Below, piece by piece: positions 63,215 to 64,000 of a stretch of DNA of 64,000 bases. Each line of letters opens with the position of its first letter. The first letter of the stretch is position 1. Source of the stretch: Epiperipatus broadwayi (Eukaryota > Animalia > Onychophora); contig JAQFVV010000005.1 in assembly GCA_028023455.1 (NCBI GenBank), positions 7,378,001 to 7,442,000 of the forward strand, read 5' to 3'. Below the pieces are notes generated by a model that saw only the letters and a program-made list of their open reading frames with translations, was not told the DNA's origin and searched no databases. Made by a program: the position numbers and the translations under genes.

Positions 63215-63350
63215 CACACACTGGAAAAAATTATTACATTCTGCTATCGCAAACAAAATGTGGAAGAGTGTTTGACAAATTATTCAGACTGCTGGAAAGC
63301 ATATAAAACTGAGGAACTGCAATCTGCTGAATATGAACATTTTCATGTAT
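63215..63350 (+). pseudogene. Merlin / ISXO2-like (IS1595 family) transposase fragment
   Basis: KQNVEECLTNYSDCWKAYKTEELQSAEYEHF matches the I-x-S/T-D-C-W-K-A-Y...Y-x-H motif. Confidence 0.7.
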
Positions 63351-64000
63351 TGGAGAGCATATAAAACTTAGAAACTATGATCTGCTGGTGTCAATCATAG
63401 ATGAAGCTTTTCTTTGCATTCTGGACAATATGAAAAAAAGCAATTCCATTTTAATAAAAGTTTACTAATTTTTTTTTTGTTTTTTTTTCTAACAAAATAA
63501 ATGTAATTAGACACATTTCTTAATCAAGATCACATGCTGGTGTTATATCGCATAAACACGTGGTTTAATTCTATATTTGAGCCAGTCTTAGGATTTTTTT
63601 TAAAAATCTATCCATTTTTGTTATTTTCTGCTATAGTTAATAGACATAGTATTTTTATTTATTTGCTTTACTATTCATTTTGTATTTAAAATAGTTATTA
63701 TTTTGGATTTGTTAGTATCATTATTAAAATGTTGGCAATTGCTGCCCACTACTGAGGAAGCTGTACCTAAAATGAAGTACTAGTGGTCAGAGATCTGCAT
63801 GATTGTTTCATCATGAAAATTCCTGTTATATATTCACAGTAAGAATGTTTTAATTTTAAGTGAGTGAATAGATGATGTAGTAGTAAATTAATTTTTTTGA
63901 TTTTGCTTATGCTGTATTTTTTTTTTGTAATTTTGCTTTACTGTTCATTTTGTAATTTCATACCAGAGTACATAGTACTTTTTAATTGTAAGTAAAATTT

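Overview
Strongly AT-rich eukaryotic DNA, most likely an invertebrate animal (inferred from the transposon complement and zinc-finger style; the species cannot be determined). Only one host gene is convincingly intact: a C2H2 zinc-finger ORF at 21810-22976. The rest is decayed mobile DNA: three RTE-type LINE relics, four Ty3/gypsy relics, a Buster/Charlie hAT transposase with a hAT MITE, a Merlin (ISXO2-like) fragment and Penelope-like (PLE) fragments. The main signal is a set of unrelated non-coding 340-475 bp repeat families (A, B, C, plus relic E) that each carry a minimal type-I hammerhead ribozyme with a palindromic helix III, i.e. non-LTR retrozyme-like or non-autonomous PLE RNAs. A further family, D, has the same insertion structure but no canonical ribozyme. 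Nearly all insertions have two arms joined head-to-head, with the ribozyme-sense 3' ends pointing outward, variable arm lengths often exceeding one unit, and 12-17 bp AT-rich target-site duplications (TSDs). A Penelope GIY-YIG endonuclease fragment (9728-10926) shows the same architecture with a 13-bp TSD, which points to PLE machinery as the mobiliser. All folds and alignments were done by eye; no activity is demonstrated.
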